Below, in pieces: positions 26,301 through 38,714 of a stretch of DNA of 64,000 nt. The translations under genes and the position numbers were made by a program. Origin of the DNA: Ylistrum balloti (lineage: Eukaryota); NCBI RefSeq assembly GCF_031769215.1, contig NW_026782304.1, positions 248,001 to 312,000 of the forward strand, written 5' to 3'. How positions within the stretch are numbered: position 1 is the first letter of the stretch; every line of letters begins with the position of its first letter. The notes below the pieces were generated by a model that searched no databases, was not told the origin of the DNA, and was given only the letters and a program-made list of their open reading frames with translations.

Positions 26301-28103
26301 TAACCTGGTGATGGCTGTTACAGTACTTGCTGTCAATGTGATGCTGTTAATTATTTGTGTAATTGCTGCACCTTCAAGAATCGGTCTTGGTATCGTAGTG
26401 TGGTTCACAAGTCTGCCAGTGTATGCAGTGTTTGTTAAATGGACTTCAAAACCCAAAGGATTTCACAAATTAATGGGTGAGTAACAAGAAATAATGAATT
26501 AATGGATAAGTACCTGGGAATAGCAAATCAGTGGATGAGTACTGAGGAATAGAAAAATAATGGATGAGTACCAGGGAATCACAAAAAAGATAGGTGAGGA
26601 TGCGGAATAACAAGTTAATGGGTGAGTATGGAGAATAAAAAATTAATGGGTGAGGATGGAGAATAACAAATTAATGGATGAGTATGGAGAATAACAAATT
26701 AATGGGTGAGTATTGAGAATAAAAAAAATTAATGGGTGAGTATGGAGAATAAAAAATTAATGGATAAGTATGGAGAATAACAAATTAATGGGTGAGTATG
26801 GAGAAGAACAAATTAATGGATGAGTATGGAGAATAACAAATTAATAGGTCATGTTTGGGGAATAGCTTAATTGGTGAGTATTGAGGAATATCAATGTGTG
26901 AGTGCAGGGGAATAATAAATTGATAAATGAGTAGTGGGAATATGGAATTAATAAGTGGGTGTTGTGGAATAAATTAATTGTTGATTACCAGGGAAAAACA
27001 ATTCAGTGGATGAGTACTAGGGAATAATCAATTAATATGTGAGTACCGAAGACTAACTTATTATTGAGTGAGTACCAGAAAATTACAAATTGATTGGTGA
27101 GTACTGAGAAATTACATATTAATGGATGAGTACCTTAGCTGATATCTTTTTTATGTCAATTTTGTATCACACATGCTGATTTATTGTTGGGTACATGACC
27201 ATCTCTTGACTTTATGTCTAAAGTCATCTTTTGCAGATTTTGGACTTTGGGGAATTTTCAAGTATAGGAAATCTGATATATAGGTCAAATGTCTTTCTTT
27301 AGTCTGTATCTTTTTGTAGTATTATTGTTTTCATAGAGAAAATTAAGCAAAACATTTTAGGGGAAATTCATGCAGATATGAATTATGTATCAGAATTTCT
27401 GTTGGTATTTTATTGGTAATCTGAAATGACATTGATTTCTATTTTCTTATAATTTGGATCTCCACTCCCAGTTTTTCAAATTATTTCTTTCAAACTTTTT
27501 TGACATTGCAAGTGTACATGAGTTTTGTTTTCTTGAACGGTAATTTGATTTGAATATTTGTAAGAATTACTGTCTCTTGTTGGGTTTTTAATGTTAATCT
27601 GTCTGGAGATTTCCTCTCTCAATTTTCAATTAGTATGCTTAATCACAACAACAAGAAGTTATGATTAAGTACAAATCAATTGGATTCAACATTTTTGCAT
27701 TTTTGAACATCTTTTTAAACAGAGATCTACTTTCTCAGTTTTGACCAATTTCTTTGAAACTTAATAAGCTTTAAAATCACAATTTGTTATTTTCTTCCTA
27801 TGAACAGCATTTTGATTCGGCAATTTTTCAGAGAATTCTTCTGATTCAGTTTTTAGTTAGTTTTTTGCCAGTTTTCAACCAAACTCATTAAGGTTTAGTG
27901 TGCTTTATTTATCATTAAAACATATACCACCATTTACGTAATAGTATTGTTTGTTTTTGATACATAGATCATGAATATTTCGTTTGCATGGTACAAGTGT
28001 ATAACCTGCCTTATTGTTCTTTCTTACATCTTTTTTTTATCTTGTTACAGCAAAGATAACCAACAGCTTACAGAAAGCGCTTGTGCTGGGAAAGTCGGCA
28101 TGA
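14365..28103 (+). CDS. SLC7-family (LAT/HAT light chain) amino acid transporter, 10 coding exons, 482 aa
   Basis: Exons: 14365-14830, 17437-17562, 18174-18279, 19405-19449, 20520-20643, 22919-23022, 24469-24565, 25671-25820, 26299-26476, 28051-28103. All introns are GT-AG with consistent phases, and the total is 1449 nt. Motifs: CFTEMGTIYPKAGGGYAY, GCRPSEAAVKLLA (heavy-chain Cys), FTYGGW, EEVRDPGKDAPRS, LNASIMGHSRILFAGARNGHAP, RPFK. The orthologue cannot be assigned by eye. Confidence 0.92.
15126..15600 (+). mobile_element. Short retroposed element (SINE or 5'-truncated LINE) with (CAT)n tail and 13-bp target-site duplication
   Basis: The direct repeat ATCATATGGATTA occurs at 15113-15125 and 15596-15608. 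A (CAT)6 tail abuts the right copy, and the body is more GC-rich than its flanks. Confidence 0.6.
16113..17316. repeat. G-rich ~55-bp minisatellite, about 21 copies, in SLC7 intron 1
   Basis: Unit gggtcacaccaagttctgtctacctgtagtataaccagctgggggtgggagagg, with variable G runs. Confidence 0.92.
18323..18769. repeat. 50-bp minisatellite, 9 copies, in SLC7 intron 3
   Basis: Unit tgtaaggttaaatgtatgttgactatatggtccaaagttacatgatttga at exact 50-bp spacing from 18323 to 18723. Confidence 0.95.
21340..22701 (+). mobile_element. Helentron/pearl-like non-autonomous element with an internal 156-bp satellite (about 7 copies)
   Basis: The left end is a CCGT microsatellite remnant (ccgtccgtaaac). The palindrome caagatggccgacaggtggccatcttg repeats at 21469, 21625, 21781, 21937, 22093, 22248 and 22406. 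The right end is GGTGGGC followed by the hairpin AGATCCC-TCT-GGGATCT and CTTGTT. Confidence 0.8.
22702..22941 (+). repeat. 39-bp tandem array made of the SLC7 intron 5 acceptor plus the start of exon 6
   Basis: Unit acagacatgctgtatccttacattttcctgtagattttt starts at 22702, 22741, 22780, 22819 (28-bp variant), 22847 and 22886. The last partial unit runs into exon 6. Confidence 0.92.
26463..27135 (+). repeat. ~28-bp minisatellite made of the SLC7 exon 9 end plus donor site
   Basis: Consensus acaaattaatgggtgagtatggagaata; the first unit overlaps the real junction caaattaatgg|gtgagt. About 24 increasingly degenerate units. Confidence 0.85.
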
Positions 28104-28552
28104 TGGTATCAGCAGTACCTTACAGAAATCTTAAATTTTAGGATAACCTGAGTAAAGTTTCATTTCAAAATATGTTTAAAGAATATCAAAGGTGTGTTCA
28201 TGTATAGTTGTAGAGCTGATTTCCATTTCTACAGCTGTTAAACTTTGTGATATATTAGATATACATTGAAGTGATTGATATTTTGCTCTGTACCTACTAT
28301 AGTTTTTAACAAATATAAACTGTTGTTTCCATACTCTGCTACCAGCAAATACCTGGTAGTATGTTATGTCAGCATTTGATTAATATGCATTTTTGATGAC
28401 TGTTCATGTCTTCTTCTTTCTTTCAATCCATCATTATTTAGTAAAAAGCTGAATTTTTCCCTCCATAATATTATGATACTATGTTTTTGAGGTAGGTATT
28501 CTTTATTGGTCTAACATTTATTTTTTGAAGCTATATTGTAAAATATATCTTT

Positions 28553-29250
28553 TTCATGCTCCTGGAAAATTATTGAGGGAGCATATAGTTGCTGTCATAT
28601 CCGTCCATCGGTCCATTCGTCTTTCTGTCCATCTTTTCAATGGGTACTTTCATATTCAGGGCATAATTTTGCCCACATTTAAGCAAGGATCATAAAACTT
28701 TATGTATACATTAGTTATACTACGACAATGTACAGTGTACCAAATTCAGGGGCCTCAACTCTCGATTACAGAATTATTGCCCTTTGTTAAAACTATCATG
28801 TCCAATGTATAACTTTGCTTGCATTGAAGGTAAAATAAATAAACTTGGTTATACATTGATCAGACAAAGACAGTGTGCAGTGTACCAATGTTAGGACACA
28901 CAACCCCTTAATTACACAGTTAATGCCCTTTGTTAAAATTTTGTGTCTGGAACATTACTTTTGCCTGCATTTAAACCAGGATATTGAAAAGTGATGTATA
29001 CGTCAATCATACAATAGGGCCCTTGACCACACAGCACAGTTATTGCCTTTTGTTAAAAATTTTGTGTCATGATAGAGCATTGCTTGTATTAAAAGTAGGC
29101 GCTTAAGCTTGGTCATATTAAGAGACTGTGCAGCATTCCAAATTTAGGGCCTGTAATCCCTTAATCACAGAGTTATTGCCCTTTGATAAAATTTTGTTTC
29201 CAATAAAATCATGTTCAGGGAGCATTCATCAGTTTTACTTATGCTCTTGA
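28553..29250 (+). mobile_element. Helentron-like non-autonomous element, family starting TTTT(C/T)ATGCTCCC...GGAGCATA
   Basis: The terminus is followed by tccgtcc microsatellite remnants, internal ~165-bp repeats with tgtgcagtgtaccaa, and the end gggagcattcatcagttttacttatgctcttg. Related fragments occur at ~34900-35400, ~36105-36250 and ~40225-40420. Confidence 0.6.
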
Positions 29251-29354
29251 ATTTCTGTGTAGCTGGTTATTTTTCATTTTTTCGCTGTACATTAAGATGA
29301 TTGTAAAAATAAAATCTGTGATATAATGAGATGTACTTTTACCTCCAGATCAGG

Positions 29355-30338
29355 AATTTTTAGCCCACGATTGTCAGATATTTAAATCACCCTACATCAT
29401 TGGTCTGTGGTCTATCTGCCTGTCTGTAAACAATTTTTGTTATCACTATGTGTTAAGAAGTACTGCATGGATTTCATATGTAGGTTCTCCTTGGTCTCTA
29501 GTTGTGCCAATTTAATTTTATAACTGATCAGGAAAACAGTACGGCTGACAGATGGCCATCAAGGATTTTGACGTTGCAAGTTTGTTATTGCTATTTCTTG
29601 AAAAGTACTGGATGGATCTTTCTTAAATTTCTTATGTAGGCACCCCTTTGTTCTTTGTTGTGCCCATTCGATTTTGGGTGTGATCAGAAAAACAAAAAAA
29701 GTCCGACAGACTGCCATCATGGATTAAAGTTTGTTATCCCTGTTTCTTAAGAAGTGCTAAATGGATCTCTCTCAAATTTCATATGTATGTTACCCTTTAT
29801 CTCAGGTTGTGCCCATTTGATTTTGCATCTGATCAGAAAGACCAGATTGGCGGCCATCTTGGATTTTGACTCTGTAAGTTTGTTATCGCTATTTCTTGAG
29901 AAATATGGCATATATCTTTCTCATGTATAGATTCCTCTTTGTACCTAGTTGTGCTTGTTGGATTTTGGACTGATCATTGAAAAACATAATGGCTGACAGG
30001 CAGCCATCTTGGATTTCACCAATTAAAGTTTTGTTATCCCTATTTCTTCAGAAGTACTGCATAGAAATATTTCAAATTTCATATGTAGGTTCCCTTTGGT
30101 CTGTAGTTGTGCCCATTATGTTTTGGGACTGATCAGGAAAAAAGCAAAATTACTTATAAGCAACTATCTTTGATTTGGCAGGTAAAGATTATCATTGCTA
30201 TTTCTGTAAAGGAATGATCAAATTCCTTATCATCAAGAGCAAAAACAGAGAAGAGAAAAGTAGGGCAAAGATCCATCTTTCAAATAGCGAATAAAAATCA
30301 AACAATGGTGGTGTCAAGATCCCTCTAGGATCTCTTGT
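29355..30338 (+). mobile_element. Second copy of the 156-bp-satellite Helentron-like family
   Basis: Left end tttttagcccac, degenerate internal satellite units (aagtactggatggatc, cagccatcttggattt), right end ggtggtgtcaagatccctctaggatctcttgtt. Confidence 0.75.
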
Positions 30339-30498
30339 TAAGGACTATTATCATCCAAGTGAGTATAATAAACATATTCTTTTGAAGAGTTCTCCTTCTC
30401 ACCTAAGATTGATTTTAGATGTAGAGTTAAGAAGCTTTCCCTGCTGGGCAAATAGTCATATTCACTACTGTTGACTGGCTGTTTCACAATTTCCCAAG

Positions 30499-30662
30499 CA
30501 CAACAGTTTTGTAGTGATAAGTATGACATTGTAGATTTGACACAACAATTTTGTAGTGATAAGTATGACATTGTAGATTTGACACAACAATTTTGTAGTG
30601 ATAAGTATGACGTTGTAGATTTGACACAACAATTTTGTAGTGATAAGTATGACATTGTAGGT
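30499..30662. repeat. 42-bp minisatellite, about 4 copies
   Basis: Unit cacaacaattttgtagtgataagtatgacattgtagatttga. It explains the 14-aa periodic ORFs at 30338-30677. Confidence 0.9.
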
Positions 30663-33174
30663 TTGAGTTGGCGATGAAGTGTGTATTATTTTATACTATA
30701 ACACAGTGGTTAATAATCACATTGGAGATTATCACTCCATACTATGATCATAGTTTGTTTATCAATGTGTTATTCTGCTGCTAAACTTTGCTTCGATTAT
30801 GAAATTTGTAATCACACCACCAAAGAAAATTTGTTGACAGAAAGTTACATTGGTTATATTTGTTTCTAATACATGTACGTTAACAAGGAGAGACAAAAGT
30901 ACGATAACAATTTGTCTACCTTAAGGCTTTGCTAAAGTTTAAACATGTAAATATTATACCCAGGCAGTATTTCTTTGTTGTCCCTATATGATCATATGAT
31001 TTTATTTGAAACTTATTATGCTAAATCACCATGACTTTGTGAATGGCTGTACAATTGAACTGTATTTGGAAGTTACTGTCCCATATTGTTTTCAAGATGT
31101 TAATGTTAATTTTGTCCCCAGATCTTCTCTCTCAGTTTTCAACCTTATACTTTTAAACATGGTAGACTTAATCGCCATGAGATGAAGTTGAGTTTTCCTG
31201 AATGGCAATGTGATAAATGTATATTGTAGAGTTACTGCCCCTTGTTGTTTTCGTAATGTCAATCTTGTCCTGAGATCTCTCTCCGTCTATTTCTTTCTAA
31301 GTTGGTAGACAAAATTATCACAACATGAAGTTGTGTTTTCTCTGACAGCAATGTTATTCCATTTTTTTTTGTAGAGTTACTGCCCATTGTTGTTTTTATA
31401 ATGTTAATCTTGTCCTGAGATCTCTCTAAATAGCAGACATTAAAACTATGATGTTGATTTTTGTTATTGCCCTTTGATTTCTAGCATTTTTATTTTGAAA
31501 GAAGATTACTTTCCTCAAGATATAACACTGTCTTTTTTTCAATGACGATGAGATTTTACAATTTTTTGAAGAGTTATTGCTCTTTGTTTTTTAAGCATTG
31601 TTTATCTTGGACAGATCCAACAGGGTATTCAATAGAGATCCTGAGAATGTGGTAAACATAATAACAAAATAATGAATGCTCAGCATTAGTTCCTGGATAT
31701 CCAGTATCCTTTGTTCTGTTACTTCATTTTCGTGTTTTTATTCTTTGTTTGACATAGGACAGGTGTACATTGTTCTGCTCTGCAGTACTATTGCTTCAGA
31801 CCTTATCACTGTGTACTTGTTTTTTTCTGTTTGTGAACTTGATTTATCAATGCTAGTTCTCTTGTTAAATAAGGATAGAGGACTCGTATCAAGTTTACAT
31901 CAGGGTGACAAACACGACCTGTTGAGGAACCATAACCAGGTTACTTGTGAAATCTTAGTGTCTTGTATTTAGATATGTGATATCATAGGAAGTCATGTAA
32001 TATCATCCTGCAACATTGACAATCTAATATGTATATTGTTATGTTTTTTATTTGTTTTTTGTTTTTGTTTTTTTGTTTTTGTTTTTTCATAAGAAGTGGA
32101 ATTCTAAATTATGAATAAGTACTATGCTTTTTTATATTGACTTAATGTTCATAGTATTAGGTATTAAGCCTTAGTGATTTCATTTTATTATTGAAAATAT
32201 ACAATATGGAATTTATTGAAACTAAAAATCTTAAACAGCATCATCTACTTGTATAAATGTTAATGTTGTTTGTTGTATACATTGTATTATACAGAAATTA
32301 TATAAGTTTTCAAATATTCAATTAACAGGATCTATAAGAGAAAACTAACATATTATAGCATGAACTGGTTTGGTGCTTCAGATGTCATTTGTCTGTTGTG
32401 ATGATTAGTGAAATATTGTGTTGTTTTAAAACATTGTTGATCAGTGACTTTTAAAACAGTATGCTGAATATTGTTTTTTTAATTGCTGGTGAAAATTGTT
32501 ATTGTCTGGTATTTTTTAATCATGTACTTGGTAAGTATTACAGAAATATATTTGATGAAATATCTATATGTGATGTGTATATTTTTGGTGTTTTAACATG
32601 TTTATGAAGGTTTTATAAAGAAGAATCTATTTTTCCTGAAAAATCATTAATTTTCAATGGGATTTTATTTTCGTTGATTTTGCAGTTTTGTAGTTATTTC
32701 CAATTTATATGTCTGTGTAGTGTTAAAATAAGTATATGTAGACTTATTGAGTTACATAATGTATATATGTCCATAAAATCTGGTGTCCAAAATATTTTGA
32801 AAAACCATGAGTGGAGTTTCTTAAAGGACATGATTGTACTCTATGTTGAAATATTTTGCAAAGTTGAGACTAAGTGAGATATTGTATGAACAGCAATGGT
32901 TTGTTCTCACAATTCATTCATGTTATTTTACATTCAGTATAAACTCCCAGAAACAACTTACAATAATTTAATAAACAATATGTTTTTCAAAACTGATGAG
33001 GTGACTGTGTAGTCAACAAAACGTCAAACTGGTTATGTTATAAAAAAAACTTAAATTCTATTGTTATTACCAACCTGAAGAAAATGTTCTGAAAAATGTT
33101 GAAACAATGATTGATTTAAAGTATTTGTATATTCTGTAAGATAACCGAGGCAGTACCATGAATTGTTTAACTTT

Positions 33175-33905
33175 TTAGTCCACCACAAATCCCCCTACGT
33201 TTGTGGTCGGTGGTCCATGGCCCGTCCGTCCGTAAACAGTTTTAATTATCGCTATTCCTTTAGAAGGACTGGATAGATCATCCTCAAATTTCATGTGTAG
33301 ATGCCCTTTGGTCTCTAGTTGTGCCCATTTAATTTTTGGACTGATTAGAAAAACAAAATGGCCATCAGGTGGCCATCTTAGATTTTGACTTTGCAAGTTT
33401 GTTTTTGCTTTTTCTTGAGAAGAACTGGATGGTTCTTTTTTCAAACTTCATTTGTATGTTTCCCTTTGTACCTAGTTGTGCCCATTTGATTTTGAATATG
33501 ATCACCTTGGATTTTGACCTTGAAAGGTTGTTATCACGATTACTTGAGAATACTGCGTAGATCTTTCTCAGATTTCAAGTTTATGTTCCTCTTGGTCCCT
33601 AATTGTGTCTATTTAATTTTGTTTCTGATCAGAAAAAGATAATGGCTGACAGGCAGCCATCTTGGATTTCGCCTAATAAAGATTTTTATCCGTATTTCTT
33701 AAGAAGTACTGAATGGATCTCTCGCAAATTCCATATGCATGTTCCCTTTGGTCTGTGTTTGAGCCTATCATCACTGCTGTTTCTGTTTAAATTTCTTATC
33801 ATTAAGAACAAAACCAGAGAAGAGAAGAGAAAAGAAGGGAAAAGATCTGACTTTCAAAGAGTAAATCAAGGTCAAACAATGAATCTCTTTTTATTTCTCT
33901 GATCT
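33175..33905 (+). mobile_element. Third, 3'-truncated copy of the 156-bp-satellite Helentron-like family
   Basis: Intact left end ttttagtccaccac...cccgtccgtccgtaaac followed by degenerate satellite units. Further fragments lie at ~39200-39540, ~44690-45575 (reverse) and ~62720-62980. Confidence 0.7.
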
Positions 33906-34671
33906 TCATATTGAAAACTGATAACCTCTCAGGTTAATGATCAGTATGTTTAAAATTCTTCTATTAAAGAAGTAAGATAAAGAATATACCAGTATGTGTT
34001 GGTGTTGATGTGAAAAAAAAACAATATTGCAATTCATAGTCAAAATTTTGCTCGTATTACACTGTATGTTGTAATTTCAGTATTTAATGAAACATGTACA
34101 CATTTTATTTCATGAAATAATTAGTGTTTCAAATATATGTCTAGATATATATATTCTAGACCTTGTTATTCTTAAGTGGTTTTTAGCTCGCCTGGTCTGA
34201 AGGTGAGCAGTACAGGCCCCATGGGGATCTTGTTGAAAAATAATAATAAATATGCTTTGATTAAACCGTTTGAAGATCTGACGTTCTTACTGGGCTGGGC
34301 TGTGCTTTTCAGGAAGCTGAAATTACGAACCATCCTGTGCTGTTATCTTTGGTCAAGTCACTGAATCCCAATCCAATCTTTCTGTATGGCATGTAATGGG
34401 CCTCCTGCATGTTGTTCAGTGAGGTAGATGCTTGTTGTTTTATTGGATGTTTTAAAGCTAGACATTGCTAGAAATGAACATTGAAATCATCAAAGAAATA
34501 AACAATGATTAGGCTAAGTTCATTGACTAACATGCAGGCATTATGCTCGCATATATGTATATTAAAGGCATATAGAATTAAACTTTATTTACAATATTTC
34601 GAAACAAGTTAGTTTGCGAAACAAATTGTTTCGTCTTACACTTATCACTCTTGTTGGCCCCGATGTAAGTG

Positions 34672-34795
34672 TGTGAGGGTGTCTTACAACGGAGAGAAGA
34701 AACCGGGGAAAACCCACCTTGGTCAGGCAATTGTATGTATGTTTGAGGAATCGAACCCAGGACAACTAGGTAATTGTGTTACCCGACCACCCATG
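34672..34795 (-). mobile_element. tRNA-derived SINE fragment
   Basis: The reverse strand reads ggtggtcgggtaacac...gggttcgattcc (A/B-box-like) followed by gtgggttttccccggtttc, the core seen in the SINE at 55850. Confidence 0.55.
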
Positions 34796-37179
34796 TACAA
34801 CTCTAGTCAGTTGTCCAGAGCTCCATATTATAAGTTGTTGGATCTTTTGAAAATATTTCCATAGTTTTGTTATGCTCTTCAAAAACTTTCGAGGAACATG
34901 TACAGGCGCCGCTTGTTCAACCGTCTTTCCGTCTGCCCTTTGTATCTGGTTTATAACTTTGCTTAAAGGTAAGCAAGGATCATGAAACTTGGAGAGTGCA
35001 TGGGTCATGCTACAACAATGTGCAATGTACCAAATTCAATCCCTTTATTACATAAGTATTGCCTTTCGTTAAAATAAGATGTCTGGAGCAAAATTCTTAA
35101 TTACTTGCATTTAAAGTAGGGTTATGAAACCCAGTGAATACGTTTTTCATAATAAGTCAATATGCCGTGTCCATCTTAGTTGCTTAGTTATTGTCCTTTC
35201 TTAAAACTTTTGTGTATTTTTGATTGCTTATGTTTAAACTAGAAAAATGAAACATGTATACATTTCTCATACTAATAGGATGTACAGTGTACCAAATCAG
35301 GGTCTGCAACCCCATAATTACAGAATTGTTGCCCTTTGTTATAATCTTGTGTCTAATAAAGTTGTTTCTGGGAGCATTCAACAGTTTCACCGATCCTCTT
35401 TTGTGTGTAAGTTTTTGGGTTTTGGGCTTTTTTGAAAAAAATACATTGAATTAGTGAGGAGAAAGGTCAGGTGTTCTGGAAGTGTAAGCGTCTTAAGTTT
35501 CATCGACAAAACTCGCCATGTAAATTTTGGTCACTCCATGTAAGTAATATCACGCTTTCTCAATTTAGAAGTTCAGATGTCCTCGTGAAATTATCATGGG
35601 GATCTACTCAACAGTTTAACGAATATGTTCGGAATCGGACTGACCTAATGTCATATAGAGATAGTACATTTACATTTACAATTTGGAAAAAAAATCGACA
35701 ATAAAAGTTGATCAAACTATTCTAAAAGAAATAAATACTCGTTTTGATCACTTATGAAGACAGAAACAAAATGGTATTTTCAAAATGTTTTCGTGAAAAG
35801 TCCCCCTTTTAAATATACATTTACATTTCCGGTTTGTTTTCCCTTATGCGTGTCATTTGAAATATCTGGTTTAAAAATGCAGTTTGTACACTAGTAAACC
35901 ACAAAAATAAAATAAAATTTTTGGGCGAACATGATAATTAACGGTAACGCCCATGACAAATATAAGTTTATGATCAATTAGTTGTGGTTGCTGTGACCAG
36001 AAATAAAAACGATGCGGCTGTAGAGAGCTAGCTTTTGCTATGTTTTATGACACCTCTTTTAAGCATTGCGCTGAAAACAAAGAAACTTTTCCACAATTAA
36101 GCACATTTTTATGCTCCCAAACAATATTGGAATAACGTTTAGTGTTTACCCCCACTCCGTTCGTACGTCCGAAAACATTAAGTTATCATTAAAACTTGGC
36201 ATTTGTGTTCACATTGGACATTACTTTACTGCTGTGTCATTTGTAGGTCAGAGTGACCTATATTCTATGTTTGATTTCGACATGGAGGCATGCACGTGTT
36301 CCACATATACACATGCTTATGTAGAAACCACATACATTGTGTATATATATATAATATGCACATAGCAAAATTATGATTAAGCTAATAAAAAGCTGGCGGT
36401 CATAGGCGAATTGGGTTATTATCAAATTTTGGAATGAAAGTTGCAAGTTGTGAAAAATTAGAACTGCTTATTGAAGAGTCACAAGTTGAAAGTACGAGCG
36501 ATGTCGACAAATACCTAAATAAGGTCTCTGGTACTGAGATGTGGTAAGTTGTGGTTATTGAGAAAAACAAGTTGGAAAGTGCGAACCCGGGTCAATTTTT
36601 TAGAAACACTACAAAAGTTGAGAATTACATTGAGAAAAGTTACCCGAGTCGCACGAAAGTATTTTTTTCATGTATAACACGAATATGATAACTTAACTCT
36701 GTGAGAATTTCATGTAAAGCGTTAGGCCATGATGTGTAAATAGTTATTAGGAGTGAAAATAGCAACTATGTGTTACACTGTTATTAACAGTACACATACT
36801 GAAACAATCTCGACCGTCAATTTCTAGTCTGGGTCTGCGAGAAAAATTTCTCACTTCACGAGGTATCAACACCAACTGTTGCCAACAAAGTATTTGTTAG
36901 TACTTGTGCTTAATACTCCTCAAATTTAAAAGTTGTGTGATACGCTGTTGCATTAAAGATGGCCGCCATGGTAGCCATCTTGAGAATATTACTATTTATT
37001 GTTAAATCTGTTGATGCCGTGGATTTAGATTGATATCAATTAGGTCTGAGGATGAAATTGATATTAACAAGGGGTGAGAATGAGATTGATATTAATTAGG
37101 GGTGATGGCGAGATTGATTCTTCGGAGAAAGTACTGAAGATATTTTTCTGAGTACGGAGAATTAAACGGGTTAGCCACA

Positions 37180-37261
37180 TTTCCGGTCGAAGCGAACGCG
37201 CCGTTTTACACAACATGGTGGTGACATTGACATGTGAATCGACGAAGAGCGTGAAGTTGTG
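37180..37261 (+). promoter_or_regulatory. Putative TSS and 5' non-coding first exon of the 39634-41272 gene
   Basis: Local CpG enrichment (ttccggtcgaagcgaacgcgccg), a caacatgg motif, and a donor gtg|gtaatt at 37261/37262. Inferred only. Confidence 0.35.
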
Positions 37262-38080
37262 GTAATTGAATTTAAAGTATCAATGTATTATTGTGTAGAC
37301 TAAACACTTTTGTATTACTTAACACTGCTGTACTTGTATTTTTTAGATTTTATCACAGCCCATTCACAGTAGATTTTTTTATGGGGACACGAATGTAATT
37401 TGTTAAATGTAAAATGAGACTATATAAGCGAAAGATTTTGCGCTTTTGAAATTAAGCTTCTGGAGGTTATGCAGTTGTTTGTACTCCGTAAACTTTATAA
37501 CAAATTAAAAAAGATCACATTCGTCGGTTGATGTCCACACAGACACCAGCCTCGTCGGTCAAAACACTAGTATACGTGTTTTGACAGACGAGGCTTGTAC
37601 ATACAGTATCATGCCAACAAGTACCTATGATCTTATAACTGTAGTAGGATTAAGAGCCTCAACACAAGAGGGCGCTGCCTCCACTCGCGTTGTATTCTAA
37701 GTCGAATATTGTCAACAAGCAACACCCAGTCATGTCTACTCCTACTACCCCAGGTTCATGGTGTTAATGGCATATAGTGAAATGACCACCAAAAGAAGTA
37801 TTTAAAGTTCAACAATAAATAACTATGATGATATTTACAGCGAATGAATAAACATGAGGCTCTCAAGTATATTCATTAGTCCTAAAGATGGACAATCTCA
37901 GACAGGTCAATATAGACCCTTAATTTAGCACTATAAACATGCATGTAATAGCAAAATGTCAACTGGTCTATAGATATGTTATAAGATTCTAGCTAAAGCT
38001 AGATAATATTAGTAGAACTTGTGTAAAATGTAACTACTAGTATGCCCCAAGGAAATAACCACTGCAGTGTCCCCAAAGTA

Positions 38081-38714
38081 TGTAACAAATGTGTAGTACT
38101 ATCACAAAATACTGTGGATGTGCCTTGGGATACCAAGACATCAACATTTATATATCAATCTCCCTCCCATTGTAGAGGTGTTCCCACTGCTTAACTCAGC
38201 AGGGGTACATGTATGCAAATGACCACCCGGCCCACAACCTTCACTCTATCAAAACTACCCTACATAAATAAGGCCAACCCCCATTCCCTGACAGGTACAA
38301 GTATCAGCTTACAGTCATCTATATAATATAAAAGTTTAACCATCCCACTGAAAGAACAGTGCAAGGAAAGTATTAAGAGAGCAGCGCTCTCATCCTACTG
38401 TCAGGACGGAGTAGTGAGGAAACAGAGGGGTTGTCCCACTCACAGGCAGAATGGAATTCTAAGTAGAAAAGAACATCTCGCTGACGAGACGAAGTAAGGA
38501 GGTGAACCTCACCTGACAGTGTATAGTAATCAGCTGTCGACTAGAAGTCGAGAGAGCAAGTACCCGAATATTATCGGCTTTATAGACCCAAAATAATCTC
38601 TTACCAGGAGATTCCACTATCAAAATCCTACAAAGTCAGTTAACATAAGGAAACTGCTTCCGACAACATGGCAACGAAATAGGAAAACGAACAGGTACAG
38701 GGTACCTTGTTACA
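38081..38714. mobile_element. Probable solo LTR (634 bp)
   Basis: Starts TGTAACAA and ends TTGTTACA, a perfect 8-bp terminal inverted repeat. The 5-bp flanks AAGTA and AAATA (one mismatch) are compatible with an aged TSD. Confidence 0.55.

Noticed and set aside
31676-31972. 98-aa ORF and a possible degenerate transposon peptide on the opposite strand
   Set aside because: I could not match it to any family with confidence; a tBLASTn/Dfam search would be needed.
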